Below are positions 10,429-23,539 of a stretch of 64,000 nt of DNA, piece by piece. The position numbers and the translations under genes are program-made. The stretch comes from Alteromonadaceae bacterium (GTDB taxonomy: Bacteria; Pseudomonadota; Gammaproteobacteria; Enterobacterales; Alteromonadaceae): assembly GCA_038141035.1 (NCBI GenBank), contig JAYQHI010000045.1:14618-78617 (forward strand). Direction: 5' to 3'. The stretch's first letter is position 1, and each line of letters begins with the position of its first letter. The notes below the pieces were generated by a model, which worked only from the letters and a program-made list of their open reading frames with translations, had not been told where the DNA came from and ran no database searches.

Positions 10429-13002
10429 ATGAATAAGTCTAACTATGTATCCACTAGTTCACTTGCACTAGCGATCAGTTGTGCGCTTGGAACTACTTCA
10501 TTTAATACTCTTGCACAAGAAGCTAAAGCCACCGATATTGAACGTATCGCCGTAGTAGGTTCTCGTGCTGCGCCAAGATCGATTGCTGATTCACCGGTAC
10601 CTATTGATATTGTAGGTGCTGATGAATTAGGAAAAAATGCCTCTGCCGATATGCTTGATCAATTACAGGCCGCGGTTCCTTCTTTTAATGTTCGCGCACA
10701 ACCTATTAGTGATGCAGCAACCTTAATTCGCCCGGTTAACTTGCGTGGTTTATCTAGTGATAGCACGTTAATTTTATTAAATGGTAAACGCCGACATCGA
10801 GCGTCAGTAATTGCTTTTCAAGGCGGTGGTGTTAATGATGGTGCTCAAGGGCCTGATATTTCAGTTATTCCAAGTATTGCCTTAAAACAAGTAGAAGTAC
10901 TTCGTGACGGTGCCGCGGCACAATATGGCTCAGATGCCATTGCTGGGGTAATGAATTTTGTTTTAAAAGATGATGCCGACGGTGGCTCTGTTTCACTTCG
11001 TCAAGGCGCTTATTATGAAGGTGATGGCGATACAACCGTATTAGATGGCAACATTGGCTTACCTTTCACCGATCAAGGTTTTGTTAATTTATCTATGCAA
11101 TATAAAACGGCCGATGCTACCAGCCGAAGTGTGCAACGGCCAGATGCCCAAGCTATGTTAGATGCCGGTAATACCGCTATCAGGACACCAGCTGCGCAAG
11201 TATGGGGTAATCCTGAAATTGATGATGATATTACTTTGTTTGCCAATGTCGGTTTAGATTTAGGTAATGATAAAGAATTTTATCTTTTTGGAAATTATTC
11301 CGAACGAGATGTTACCGGTGGTTTTTATTATCGAAATCCCCACACGCGGGGCAATGTTTATTCATTAGATGATGGTGATACGCTATTAGTAGGCGATCTT
11401 GATGGATTAAATCAAGGAGTGACCTGCCCAACCGTTAATATCACTACCGATAATGTGTTAACACAAGCCGATTATGCGCTAATTGCCGATCCTAACACTG
11501 CTGTAGGCCAAAATTGTTTTGCTTTTAACGAGATGTATCCTGGTGGATATACGCCTGAATTTGGTGGCAATATAACCGATACCTCTTTAGTGGTAGGCAC
11601 TAAAGGTGAAATTAAAGGCGGATTTTTAGACGAAGCTTATTATGATATTAGTGGCTCGGTTGGGCGCAATGAATCTAAATTTTTCTTAGGTAATACTGTT
11701 AATCCATCAATGGGGCCTGATTCTCCTAACTTTTTTAATACCGGTAAATATATTCAATTAGAAAAAGCATTTAACTTTGATTTAACGCAACAAGTTGATG
11801 TTGGCTTATTAGATCCGATGAATGTAGCAACAGGGCTTGAGTGGCGAGAAGATACCTTTGAAATAATTTCAGGAGAAGAAGCTTCTTGGTTAAAAGGCCG
11901 TTTAGCTGATCAAGAATTTGTTGCTGGTGCGCATGGTTTTGCCGGTTTTAGTCCTGAATCGCAAGGGGAAAATACCCGCCGAAGCTTTGCCGCTTATATT
12001 GATGTGGAAGCAAATTTAACGGAAGACTTTTTAGTGGGAGCTGCATTACGCTATGAAGACTATTCATCGTTTGGCGATACCACTAACTACAAATTAACTG
12101 CACAATATATGCTAAGTGATGAAATCTCGTTACGTGCATCTCATAGTACAGGCTTTCGAGCGCCAACTGTCGGCCAAGAAAATGTCGTTAACACACAAAC
12201 AACTAATTTTAACGGTAATTTAGTACAAGCAGCTACTTACCCACCGATGCACCCTGTCTCGGTTTATTATGGTGGTATGGCGTTACAACCGGAAGAATCT
12301 GAAAGTTTTGCTTTTGGTGTCGTTTATGAAAACAGCGGATTTTTCTTAACGGCAGATTATTACCATATTGAGGTGACGGATCGCATCGCTCAAACCAGTA
12401 AAATATCAGTTCTACCATCAGATTATGCGGGCTTGCGTAATGCCGGAGTAGAATTTCCTGAAACCTTAGATTTAGTAACTTTTTTTGCTAATGACTTTGA
12501 TACCTCCACACAAGGCTTGGATGTGGTTGCAAACTACAGTATGGGGTTATTTGGTGGCGATACAAAATTCAGCTTAGCGTATAACTACAATGCGACTGAG
12601 GTTGATAATAAGGGGCAATATACATCAGACTTCAAAGTTAGACGGTTAGAAGAAGGTATTCCTGAACATCGAGGCACATTTACCATCTATCAAAATTGGG
12701 ATGATGTTAGCATGTTTATTCGAGCTAATTATTTTGGTGAATATTTTGCCGTACATGCCGATGAAAATGATCCTCAATGGACCGAAACAGCAGACTCGGC
12801 TATCACTATTGATGCCGAAATGAGCTATTTTGTTAATGATGCTTGGAAAGTTGCCGCAGGGGCGAATAACTTATTTGACCAAGAAGCGCAAAAGCTGCAA
12901 CAAGGAGGAGCTTATGGTGAGATTGGTGGTGTGTATTATGAAAGTGGTCCGTTTGATTACAATGGCGGCTTCTATTATATGAAAGCAACTTACAGTTTTT
13001 AA
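10429..13002 (+). CDS. TonB-dependent outer-membrane receptor (probably maltooligosaccharide uptake, by context)
   Basis: Signal peptide, plug-domain motifs (LRGLSSDSTLILLNGKRR, VEVLRDGAAAQYGSDAIAGVMNF), a long beta-barrel and a terminal ...YMKATYSF aromatic residue. Confidence 0.9.
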   Translation: MNKSNYVSTSSLALAISCALGTTSFNTLAQEAKATDIERIAVVGSRAAPRSIADSPVPIDIVGADELGKNASADMLDQLQAAVPSFNVRAQPISDAATLIRPVNLRGLSSDSTLILLNGKRRHRASVIAFQGGGVNDGAQGPDISVIPSIALKQVEVLRDGAAAQYGSDAIAGVMNFVLKDDADGGSVSLRQGAYYEGDGDTTVLDGNIGLPFTDQGFVNLSMQYKTADATSRSVQRPDAQAMLDAGNTAIRTPAAQVWGNPEIDDDITLFANVGLDLGNDKEFYLFGNYSERDVTGGFYYRNPHTRGNVYSLDDGDTLLVGDLDGLNQGVTCPTVNITTDNVLTQADYALIADPNTAVGQNCFAFNEMYPGGYTPEFGGNITDTSLVVGTKGEIKGGFLDEAYYDISGSVGRNESKFFLGNTVNPSMGPDSPNFFNTGKYIQLEKAFNFDLTQQVDVGLLDPMNVATGLEWREDTFEIISGEEASWLKGRLADQEFVAGAHGFAGFSPESQGENTRRSFAAYIDVEANLTEDFLVGAALRYEDYSSFGDTTNYKLTAQYMLSDEISLRASHSTGFRAPTVGQENVVNTQTTNFNGNLVQAATYPPMHPVSVYYGGMALQPEESESFAFGVVYENSGFFLTADYYHIEVTDRIAQTSKISVLPSDYAGLRNAGVEFPETLDLVTFFANDFDTSTQGLDVVANYSMGLFGGDTKFSLAYNYNATEVDNKGQYTSDFKVRRLEEGIPEHRGTFTIYQNWDDVSMFIRANYFGEYFAVHADENDPQWTETADSAITIDAEMSYFVNDAWKVAAGANNLFDQEAQKLQQGGAYGEIGGVYYESGPFDYNGGFYYMKATYSF

Positions 13003-13047
13003 TTTTACTTAAATGTAAAACTTAACCTTAACCTTAACTATAAAATA

Positions 13048-13083
13048 AAAAGCTTAAAGCCGACTTGGTTTTTAAGCTTTTTT
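13048..13083. terminator. bidirectional terminator between the TonB-dependent receptor and cca
   Basis: AAAGCTTAAA / TTTAAGCTTT stem flanked by an A-run and a T-run, between convergent genes. Confidence 0.65.
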
Positions 13084-14341
13084 ATTTATCAGGATATTGT
13101 TGTTTTATTTGGCTAATTTTAGCTAACTTTTCATTGTCAATTGCTTGTTTGATCGCTTTGCCTTGTAACCCTTGTTCGATATAAGGTTGAGCTGATACAG
13201 CTCTGGCAGCATCAGCCGCTTTAGCTAAATATTCGGTTTGTGGATAGTCTCTATTTTCAAAGCCGGTTCTACCTCGCGCATCGGCAGTACAAGCTAACAA
13301 AAAGTCTTCAAATTCTTCAGGTTTTCGCCACACATCTAAGGCATTAAATACTCGCAAGATAGTTAACGGTTTTAATTCAAACGCTTTATGGCAATGTAAA
13401 TGAAATTCACACACTTTTAAAGCAAGTTGTTGATAGTCGTTAGGAACTTTTAAACGCTGACAAACGGCTTTCACTAATGGTAAACCATTGGTTTCATGGC
13501 CATGATGTTTTGGCCAATGTTCCTGTGGTGTTATACCTTTGCCTAAATCATGACATAAGGCGGCAAACCTAACCGATGCTTTTGGCGATAACTTAACGGC
13601 TTGCTGTAAAACTAAAAGGGTATGTATGCCGGTACAAATTTCAGGATGCCAGTTTGCCGGATTTGGTACTCCCCATAAGCAGTCAATTTCCGGCAACAAA
13701 ATAGCTAAAGCGCCACAGTCTTTGAGTACTTGAATAAAAATGTCGGGATGATCTTCTTCAAGGCTACGTTGAAGTTCTTTAAAAACTCGCTCAGCACTTA
13801 ACGCTTGTAACTCGCCGCTAGCCGCAATATCTTGCATTAAGGCCATGGTTTCTTCAGCCACGGTGAAGCCATAAGAATGATAACGAGCGGCAAAACGTGC
13901 CACTCTTAGCACGCGCAATGGATCTTCAACAAAAGCTGATGACACATGACGTAACACTTTGTTGTTTAGATCTTGTTGGCCGTTATAAGGGTCGATTAAG
14001 TCACCATTATCGGCTAATGCCATGGCATTTACCGTAAGGTCTCGGCGTAATAAATCTTCTTCTATGGTCACATCAGGCGCTGCGTAACAAGTAAAACCAG
14101 TGTAACCTTGACCGGCTTTTTTTTCCGTGCGGGCGAGGGCATATTCTGCTTGTGTTTGTGGGTGTAAAAATACCGGAAAGTCTTTACCCACTTGTGTAAA
14201 ACCAAGTGAGAGCATTTCATCAACCGTACTGCCAACTACTAAATAATCACGTTCAATAACTTCACGTTTTAATAATTGGTCGCGCACCGCGCCCCCAACA
14301 AGGTAGATATTTAGTGTGGCAGTTATTGATTGTTTTGGCAT
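13082..14341 (-). CDS. cca: multifunctional CCA-adding tRNA nucleotidyltransferase with HD domain
   Basis: [22 protein letters not shown], and a C-terminal HD region (ALCHDLGKG). Confidence 0.93.
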   Translation of the reverse strand: MPKQSITATLNIYLVGGAVRDQLLKREVIERDYLVVGSTVDEMLSLGFTQVGKDFPVFLHPQTQAEYALARTEKKAGQGYTGFTCYAAPDVTIEEDLLRRDLTVNAMALADNGDLIDPYNGQQDLNNKVLRHVSSAFVEDPLRVLRVARFAARYHSYGFTVAEETMALMQDIAASGELQALSAERVFKELQRSLEEDHPDIFIQVLKDCGALAILLPEIDCLWGVPNPANWHPEICTGIHTLLVLQQAVKLSPKASVRFAALCHDLGKGITPQEHWPKHHGHETNGLPLVKAVCQRLKVPNDYQQLALKVCEFHLHCHKAFELKPLTILRVFNALDVWRKPEEFEDFLLACTADARGRTGFENRDYPQTEYLAKAADAARAVSAQPYIEQGLQGKAIKQAIDNEKLAKISQIKQQYPDK

Positions 14342-14488
14342 TGTTTAGACTAGAATATGTTTGAGGTTAATAACTAAATAATACCATAGACGGTTAAATT
14401 AAGGATAATCAAATAAGTTAAGCTTTTGACTTATGGCGCTTAACGGGGTAGTTTTTCATCGTTATTTAATTTCATTGACCGGTTAACT

Positions 14489-16084
14489 ATGTATACCAAT
14501 TATTTCGGCTTGCAAGAATTGCCTTTTTCCATTGCACCTAATCCTGATTTTATGTTTATGAGTGATCGCCACCGTGAGGCATTAACTCATTTAACCTACG
14601 GTCTAGGAGACACTGGCGGCTTTGTTTTGCTAACCGGCGAGGTTGGTACCGGTAAAACAACAGTAAGCCGTTGCGTTTTACAGCAATTACCTGAAAATAC
14701 ACAAGTGGCGTTTATTTTAAACCCGACCCTGTCAGCACAAGAATTATTAGCAACGATTTGTGATGAGCTTAAAATTCGTTATCGTAAAACCGGTGCTACG
14801 TTAAAAACCTTAACCGATAAAATTCAAGAAAAGTTGCTGAAAAATCATCAGTCTGGTTTAAATACTGTTTTAATTATTGATGAAGCTCAGCATTTACAAC
14901 CGGAAGTGTTAGAGCAACTTCGACTATTAACCAACTTAGAAACCAACACAAAAAAACTACTACAAGTGATCTTAATAGGTCAGCCTGAGTTACAGCAGTT
15001 ATTGCAACGACAAGATCTTCGTCAGTTAGCCCAACGCATTACCGCACGTTACCACTTAATGCCACTTACTAAGCAAGAAGTTGTGCAGTATATAAAACAC
15101 CGTTTAGATGTTGCTAAAAGTCCACGAATGTTATTTAACGACAGTGCGATTAGTTTGATCCACAAATTATCGAATGGCATTCCTAGGTTGATAAATTTAT
15201 TATGTGACCGCTCATTATTAAGAGCTTATAGCAGTAATCAAACCTTAGTAAATAAAAAAACGGTGCTTAGTGCTTCATATGAAGCGCTAGGTCAGGAAAA
15301 ACAAGCGCCAAAATGGTCGCAACAAGCATTATTTAAAGTCACCTTTGTGGTTGCTATCACTGTTGCTGTTTTAGTATCAGCGGCTTTATTTACCGGTTTT
15401 TGGTTTGCGAACCAACAAAACACTCATAATGTAGCGGCACCACCGCCACTAGTTGTTGCTCCAGAGCCAGAGCAAGTGGTAGTAAATGCCACAACAGCTC
15501 AAAAGATAACCCCGGAGCCAGTTATCAAGCCTGAAGTTTATATTGAACCTGAAGCTAACTATGCAAGTAAACAAATTTTGGGTGATGAGCAAGTAACAAC
15601 TGAACAAAAAGCCCCTGTAGAGGAAGTAGCTGAAATTCAAAAAAATAAAGAAAAACAGCTGGTGGAACCTGAACTGTTAGCGGTTGATGGTAATCCTCGA
15701 AAAGTGCCCGACTTTAAAGTGGAACAAACCGATGGTGTATCAGATGAATTATTATCGTTATTTCAAACCGCTATTGAAGAAACTAAAGCGTTAGATGCGG
15801 CAGAAACCAGCTATAAACCACCACAATCAGAAAAAACACCGTGGCAAGTGAAAACCTTAACCGACATGCCGGCTTGGGTTCAAAATGGCGTTCCAAAGCT
15901 AAACTTTGAAATGCATTTGTATGAATCAGATGGTTTTGGCTCGGTGAAAGTTAACGGCCAAGAAAAGTTTGTGGGTGATATGATCAGCGACGATCTTGAG
16001 TTGATAGCGGTAGAGCGGCAACTGGTGATTTTACAATATAAAGATGAGCAGTTTAGCCTGCCGTCTTTGTCGAGTTGGGAATAA
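14489..16084 (+). CDS. GspA/ExeA-like AAA+ ATPase fused to a GspB-like C-terminal domain
   Basis: Walker A GEVGTGKT and Walker B LIIDEAQ. There is one TM segment (about aa 285-307), then a Pro/Glu/Val-rich linker. The C-terminus is GspB-like (PKLNFEMHLYESDGFGSVKVNGQEKFVGDMI...LELIAVERQLVILQY). Confidence 0.75.
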   Translation: MYTNYFGLQELPFSIAPNPDFMFMSDRHREALTHLTYGLGDTGGFVLLTGEVGTGKTTVSRCVLQQLPENTQVAFILNPTLSAQELLATICDELKIRYRKTGATLKTLTDKIQEKLLKNHQSGLNTVLIIDEAQHLQPEVLEQLRLLTNLETNTKKLLQVILIGQPELQQLLQRQDLRQLAQRITARYHLMPLTKQEVVQYIKHRLDVAKSPRMLFNDSAISLIHKLSNGIPRLINLLCDRSLLRAYSSNQTLVNKKTVLSASYEALGQEKQAPKWSQQALFKVTFVVAITVAVLVSAALFTGFWFANQQNTHNVAAPPPLVVAPEPEQVVVNATTAQKITPEPVIKPEVYIEPEANYASKQILGDEQVTTEQKAPVEEVAEIQKNKEKQLVEPELLAVDGNPRKVPDFKVEQTDGVSDELLSLFQTAIEETKALDAAETSYKPPQSEKTPWQVKTLTDMPAWVQNGVPKLNFEMHLYESDGFGSVKVNGQEKFVGDMISDDLELIAVERQLVILQYKDEQFSLPSLSSWE

Positions 16085-16125
16085 ATAAGCTTAATAACTT
16101 AGAGCCTGCCAAATCTTTTTACAAT

Positions 16126-16155
16126 AAAAAAAACCGCGTTTCCGCGGTTTTTTCG
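16126..16155. terminator. bidirectional rho-independent terminator (gspAB / leuD)
   Basis: AAAAAAAACCGCG-TTT-CCGCGGTTTTTTC: a GC stem flanked by an A-run and a T-run. Confidence 0.8.
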
Positions 16156-16177
16156 ATATTATTCATTTTGTTAAAGC

Positions 16178-16775
16178 TTATGCCCAGCTTGGACGTTTCG
16201 CTTCATAGGCTTCAATTAAATCGATTTTATTTAATGTCCAGCCAACACTGTCAACACCTTCCGCTAAGCAGTATTTATGGAAGCCATTTAATGGGAAACT
16301 AAAGCTTAACTCACCACAAGTCACTGTTTGTGATGGTAAATCAACGGTGATGTTGATTTCTTTTTCTGCCGCGGCTTCAAATAACTGCTGAACTTCTGCT
16401 TCGCTTAGTTTGACTGGGACAATACCAATGTTGATACAGTTGCCGTAAAAGATATCAGCAAAGCTTGATGAAATAATCACTTTAAAACCAAACTCTTGTA
16501 GTGCCCAAGGCGCATGCTCACGACTTGAACCACAACCAAAGTTTTCACGTGCTAATAATATGCTAGCGCCTTGGTATTTTGGATAGTTCAAAACAAACTC
16601 TGGGTTTTGGTTTTGTGCCTTCAAAATCAAGATAACGCCAATCGTGAAATAAGTGCGGTGCAAAACCAATACGCTCAGTTTTTTGTAAAAACTGTTTTGG
16701 AATAATTTGGTCAGTGTCAACGTTAGCCATATCTAACGGAGCAACTAAACCTGTGTATGTTGTAAATTTTTCCAT
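16178..16775 (-). pseudogene. leuD: 3-isopropylmalate dehydratase small subunit LeuD, one frameshift
   Basis: ORF 16563..16775 ([30 protein letters not shown]) and the conserved part of ORF 16178..16720 ([35 protein letters not shown]) join by a 1-nt shift near 16612. Confidence 0.9.
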
Positions 16776-16785
16776 TGTTTTGCTC

Positions 16786-18207
16786 CTAAGCTGATAAGTC
16801 GGCGTTTAAGTCAACAAAGCGTGCTTCAATTGCTGCTGCTGCGGCAACTTCTGGGCTTACTAAGTGAGTACGGCTACCACGACCTTGACGGCCTTCAAAG
16901 TTACGGTTTGAGGTTGATGCACAGCGATCGCCTTCTTCTAAGCGGTCGTCATTCATACCTAAACACATTGAACAACCCGGTAAGCGCCATTCAAAACCGG
17001 CATCAATAAATACTTGTGCTAAACCTTCTGCTTCAGCTTGTGCTTTTACGCGGTAAGAGCCTGGTACAACAATCGCATCTACTTTATCAGACACTTTTTG
17101 GCCTTTTGCTAAATAACTACGAACGATGTCAGCAGCAGCGCGTAAATCTTCAATACGCGAGTTAGTACATGAACCAATAAATACTTTATTAACAGTAACT
17201 TCAGTTAATTTAGTACCAGCGGTTAAGCCCATATATTTTAAGGCATTAATACAAGACTCTTTTTCAACTGGATCTGAAAAGTCATCAGGCGATGGCACCA
17301 CAGAATCAATTGACGTTACTTGACCCGGAGTAGTACCCCAAGTCATTTGCGCTTTAATTTCTTCACCTTTTAAGGTTAAGGTAGTGTCAAACGTTGCATC
17401 GTCATCCGTTTTTAAGGTTTTCCAATAAGCAACAGCAGCATCCCAATCGTCTAACTTAGGCGCGTATTCTTTATGCTGTAAGTAATCAAACGTGGTTTGA
17501 TCTGGCGCGACTAAACCGGCTTTAGCACCAAATTCAATACTCATGTTACAAATGGTCATACGCTCTTCCATGGTTAACGCTTCAATAGCGCTACCACAGT
17601 ATTCAACCACATAACCGGTAGCACCGGCAGAGCCAGTTTTACCAATAATGGCTAAAATAATATCTTTAGCACTGATACCTTTCCCAACTTTGCCAGTCAC
17701 TTCAATTTTCATGGTTTTAGCACGATGTTGACGTAAGGTTTGTGTTGCTAACACATGTTCAACTTCCGAGGTACCAATACCAAAAGCTAAAGCACCAAAA
17801 GCACCATGTGTTGCAGTGTGCGAGTCACCACAAACGATAATTTGACCAGGTTGCGTGATCCCTAATTCCGGCCCCATAACATGGACAATACCTTGGTTTT
17901 TGTGACCCATGCCAAATAATTGAATACCAAACTCTTCACAGTTTTTCTTCAAGGTGCGTAATTGATTAGCGGCACCTTCACCAGCAGCGTCGATATCGGC
18001 TGAACGGGTAGAGATGTTGTGATCCATGGTTGCAATGGTTTGACCTGGTCTACGCACTGGACGATTATGGAATTTTAAATTTGCAAACGCTTGCGGAGAC
18101 GTCACTTCGTGAATTAAGTGGCGGTCAACGTATAAAAGTGGTGTTTCGCCTTCTTTTTCTTCAACTAAATGTTGGTAATATAATTTTTCATATAAGGTGG
18201 AAGCCAT
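16786..18207 (-). CDS. leuC: 3-isopropylmalate dehydratase large subunit LeuC
   Basis: Aconitase-family motifs [25 protein letters not shown] and CSMCLGMN; 473 aa. Confidence 0.96.
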   Translation of the reverse strand: MASTLYEKLYYQHLVEEKEGETPLLYVDRHLIHEVTSPQAFANLKFHNRPVRRPGQTIATMDHNISTRSADIDAAGEGAANQLRTLKKNCEEFGIQLFGMGHKNQGIVHVMGPELGITQPGQIIVCGDSHTATHGAFGALAFGIGTSEVEHVLATQTLRQHRAKTMKIEVTGKVGKGISAKDIILAIIGKTGSAGATGYVVEYCGSAIEALTMEERMTICNMSIEFGAKAGLVAPDQTTFDYLQHKEYAPKLDDWDAAVAYWKTLKTDDDATFDTTLTLKGEEIKAQMTWGTTPGQVTSIDSVVPSPDDFSDPVEKESCINALKYMGLTAGTKLTEVTVNKVFIGSCTNSRIEDLRAAADIVRSYLAKGQKVSDKVDAIVVPGSYRVKAQAEAEGLAQVFIDAGFEWRLPGCSMCLGMNDDRLEEGDRCASTSNRNFEGRQGRGSRTHLVSPEVAAAAAIEARFVDLNADLSA

Positions 18208-18278
18208 CTTATAAATCCTTATTTTGTTGCTGTGCCGTTATTGCGTATTGTGCTGAGTATTGTTTTTAATACCAGCGC

Positions 18279-20991
<2,713 letters not shown>

Positions 20992-21046
20992 GCGTAATTC
21001 CTCAGTAATTTTAAAACGTATTTTTGATCACGTAAAAAGCGCAGGC

Positions 21047-21078
21047 AAAAAAAAACCCGCGAATTATAACGCGGGTTT
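21047..21078 (-). terminator. leu operon attenuator (rho-independent terminator in the leader)
   Basis: Minus strand reads AAACCCGCG-TTATAATT-CGCGGGTTTTTTTTT. It lies between the leader peptide and the leuA start. Confidence 0.8.
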
Positions 21079-21099
21079 GATGTTTATTCTTTATAAATT

Positions 21100-21177
21100 T
21101 TAAGCAATAACAAATCTTCCGCGTATTTTTAATACGAGGAGCAGTAATAAAGTTGTGTTGTTGCTTAAAATTGTCAT
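21100..21177 (-). CDS. leuL: leu operon leader peptide (25 aa)
   Basis: Minus-strand ORF MTILSNNTTLLLLLVLKIRGRFVIA. It has five consecutive Leu codons (tta tta ctg ctc ctc), plus one more after a Val, directly upstream of the attenuator hairpin. Confidence 0.75.
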   Translation of the reverse strand: MTILSNNTTLLLLLVLKIRGRFVIA

Positions 21178-21389
21178 GATTATTTAATGTATTTATTCGA
21201 TTTATTGAATCTATGGTGATGTTTTAACGTATTTAAAAATAAACTGCAAAAGTTAAGTTGAAAATTAATGTGAATAAATAAGTATTGTATGGCTTTATCT
21301 TTTGATTATGGCTGCTCAAGCTATCTTTTCAAAAGTGATGAATTATAATGGCGGGGGTATTTAAATAACCTCTTGCTGTAAAAAATAAT

Positions 21390-22438
21390 ATGAGTCAAAA
21401 ACGTTTCCTTTTTTATATTTCTCAAAACTATAGTTTTGCCATTTTACGCCCTTTGCAACAAGCTATTTTAGCGAGAGGGGATATTGCTGCTTGGTTTGTT
21501 GAAGGTAAACAAGTAAATGTAGATTTTTTGAAGAAGAAGAGGAACTGCTACTTTCAGTGAGTGATATTTTTGATTATTCCCCTCATGCTATTTTTTATCC
21601 AGCTAATTTGGCTCCTACGTTTTTACCGGGAATTAATGTTGCTGTTTTTCATGGTTTTGATGCAGGAAAGGTTGATAAAAAAGGTAATAATGATCATTAC
21701 AAATTACGGCATTGTTTTGATTTGTATTGCACGCAAGGACCTGAATCGACAGAAAAATTCACTGAATTTAAATTACAGCATGACTCATTCCATGTCAAAG
21801 AAACGGGCTGGTGTGCAATCGATCCGCTTTATCAACAGCAGAAAGCAATTGATAAAAACTCATTACCTACGGTACTGTTTTGTTCTACTACCTTTTCGAG
21901 AAATTTAACCAGTGCGCCACATTTGTTTGATGAAATTAAGCGCTTAAGTACTCAAGGGAAATACCGTTGGTTGGTGCAATTTCACCCTAAAATGCCTGCT
22001 GAAATAGTTGAACAATACAAAACAATTGAAAGTGAATATTTAACCTTTGTTGAAACGGATAATGTCATCCCGTTATTACAAGAAGCTGATTTGATGGTTT
22101 GTGATACATCGTCAGTGTTATTGATGTTTTTATTATTAAATAAGCCTGTGGTTACTTTTAACAATATTGCGCCAAAAGATTATTTAATTAATATTACAGA
22201 GCCTGATTTACTTGAGCAGTCAATTGAACATGGCTTAACAAAACCGAAACCCTTAATGGATAATATTCAACATTTTATCGAGCAAACACATCCTTATCAT
22301 GATGGCCGTTCTTCTGAGCGGGTTTTACAGGCTGTTGATGAGGTGTTATCTGGTAAGGTTTCGGTTAAAAAGCAAAAGCCGTTAAATATTTTACGTCAAA
22401 TAAAAATGAGAAAACGGCTTGGTTATTGGCAGTTTTAA
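21390..22438 (+). pseudogene. CDP-glycerol glycerophosphotransferase family (TagB/TagF-like) protein, one frameshift
   Basis: The ATG at 21390 (MSQKRFLFYISQNYSFAILRPLQQAIL...) runs to a stop at 21558-21560. ORF 21557..22438 continues in the -1 frame (FHGFDAGKV..., VQFHPKM, DTSSVLLMFLLLNKPVV). The junction is at the T6 run 21524-21529. Confidence 0.7.
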
Positions 22439-22439
22439 A

Positions 22440-23526
22440 TTACGACAATAAAGAGAGAAAATATTTTTCGTAATTTTTAATGGTTTGTTGGTGTGAAAAT
22501 TTATCATCGATGACTTTCTTGGCATTTTTTCTTAACTGTGTTGCTAACTCTCTATTTTCGTAAACCTTACGGATAGTATTAGCAAGTGCTTGGATATCTT
22601 CTGCAGGGTAAACTAAACCATTTTCGCCATCTGTAATTATTTCTAAAGACCCCTCTATATTTGATGTGATCACCGGGGTTCCATTTGATAATGACTCTAA
22701 TATTGTTCGAGGTAGCCCTTCTTTGCGTGTTGAAGGTAACAAGGTAAAGTCAGCGGCTTTTGCTAATTGCGGAACGTCGTTACGAAAACCGGTTCTAATA
22801 ATCAAATTTTTGGCAGGACTGTTTTCAATTAAGCTATCAAACGGTTCTTTTTCCATATTATTACCAACTAATAACAACCTTAAGTCGTTTAAATCGGATA
22901 ACAGTGCCATGGCATCAATAACATTTTTTGTTCCTTTATGCCCTCTAAGTGCGCCAACACACATAACATTAAAGTATTTTTCATCTGAATGAACAGATGT
23001 TAAATCGGTTGCTGGTTCTTGATACCATGAGAAGTCATGGCCTTTATAAATAGTTTGCACAAACGGGTGAATAGATTTTTTCACTTTGCTTTTAACGCTG
23101 TCTTCTACCCCTTTAGCAACACAGATAACACCATCAATTCTTGGATGTAATGTGGTGATATAATTACTTAAATCACTTCTATGAAGCCCGCCAGTTGTGC
23201 CGCGATAGGCGATCATTTTGGCTTTGGTACCTATGCAAGCGAAAGCTGCATTAGGTATGGTTCTAGATTTAGTGGCGTAGACAATATCAATGTTTTTAGT
23301 GTTAATTTGCTGACGTATTTTTTATATAATTTAATGAAAACTTTTTATCCATTGGTAAGTGAATAACTTCCATGCCCGCATCTTGATAATGCTTAACATA
23401 GGCGCTATTGAGGTCAGTCATGATGGTGATGTTATGACCAAGTTTAGCTAAACCGATATAAACTTCGGCTTCTGGTCTAACGCTGTTGTATGAACGACCA
23501 ATGTCTGGAACTACTAATATATTCAT
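22440..23526 (-). pseudogene. GT4-family (GT-B) glycosyltransferase, one frameshift
   Basis: ORF 23302..23526 (MNILVVPDIGRSYNSVRPEAE) plus ORF 22440..23216 (EX7E region RKEGLPRTILESLSNGTPVITSNIEGSLEIITDGENG). The downstream frame is open upstream (KKIRQQINTKNIDIVYATKSR...). The shift is near 23325. Confidence 0.8.
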
Positions 23527-23539
23527 AAGGATTTACTTT

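Noticed and set aside
16075-16302. Intergenic or edge ORFs 16075..16302, 23181..23366, 26615..26800, 39392..39574, 55511..55702 and 57100..57384.
   Set aside because: They span terminators or promoters, or overlap real gene ends, and they encode Phe/Leu/Ile-rich junk typical of AT-rich spacers. No RBS or conserved motif is present.
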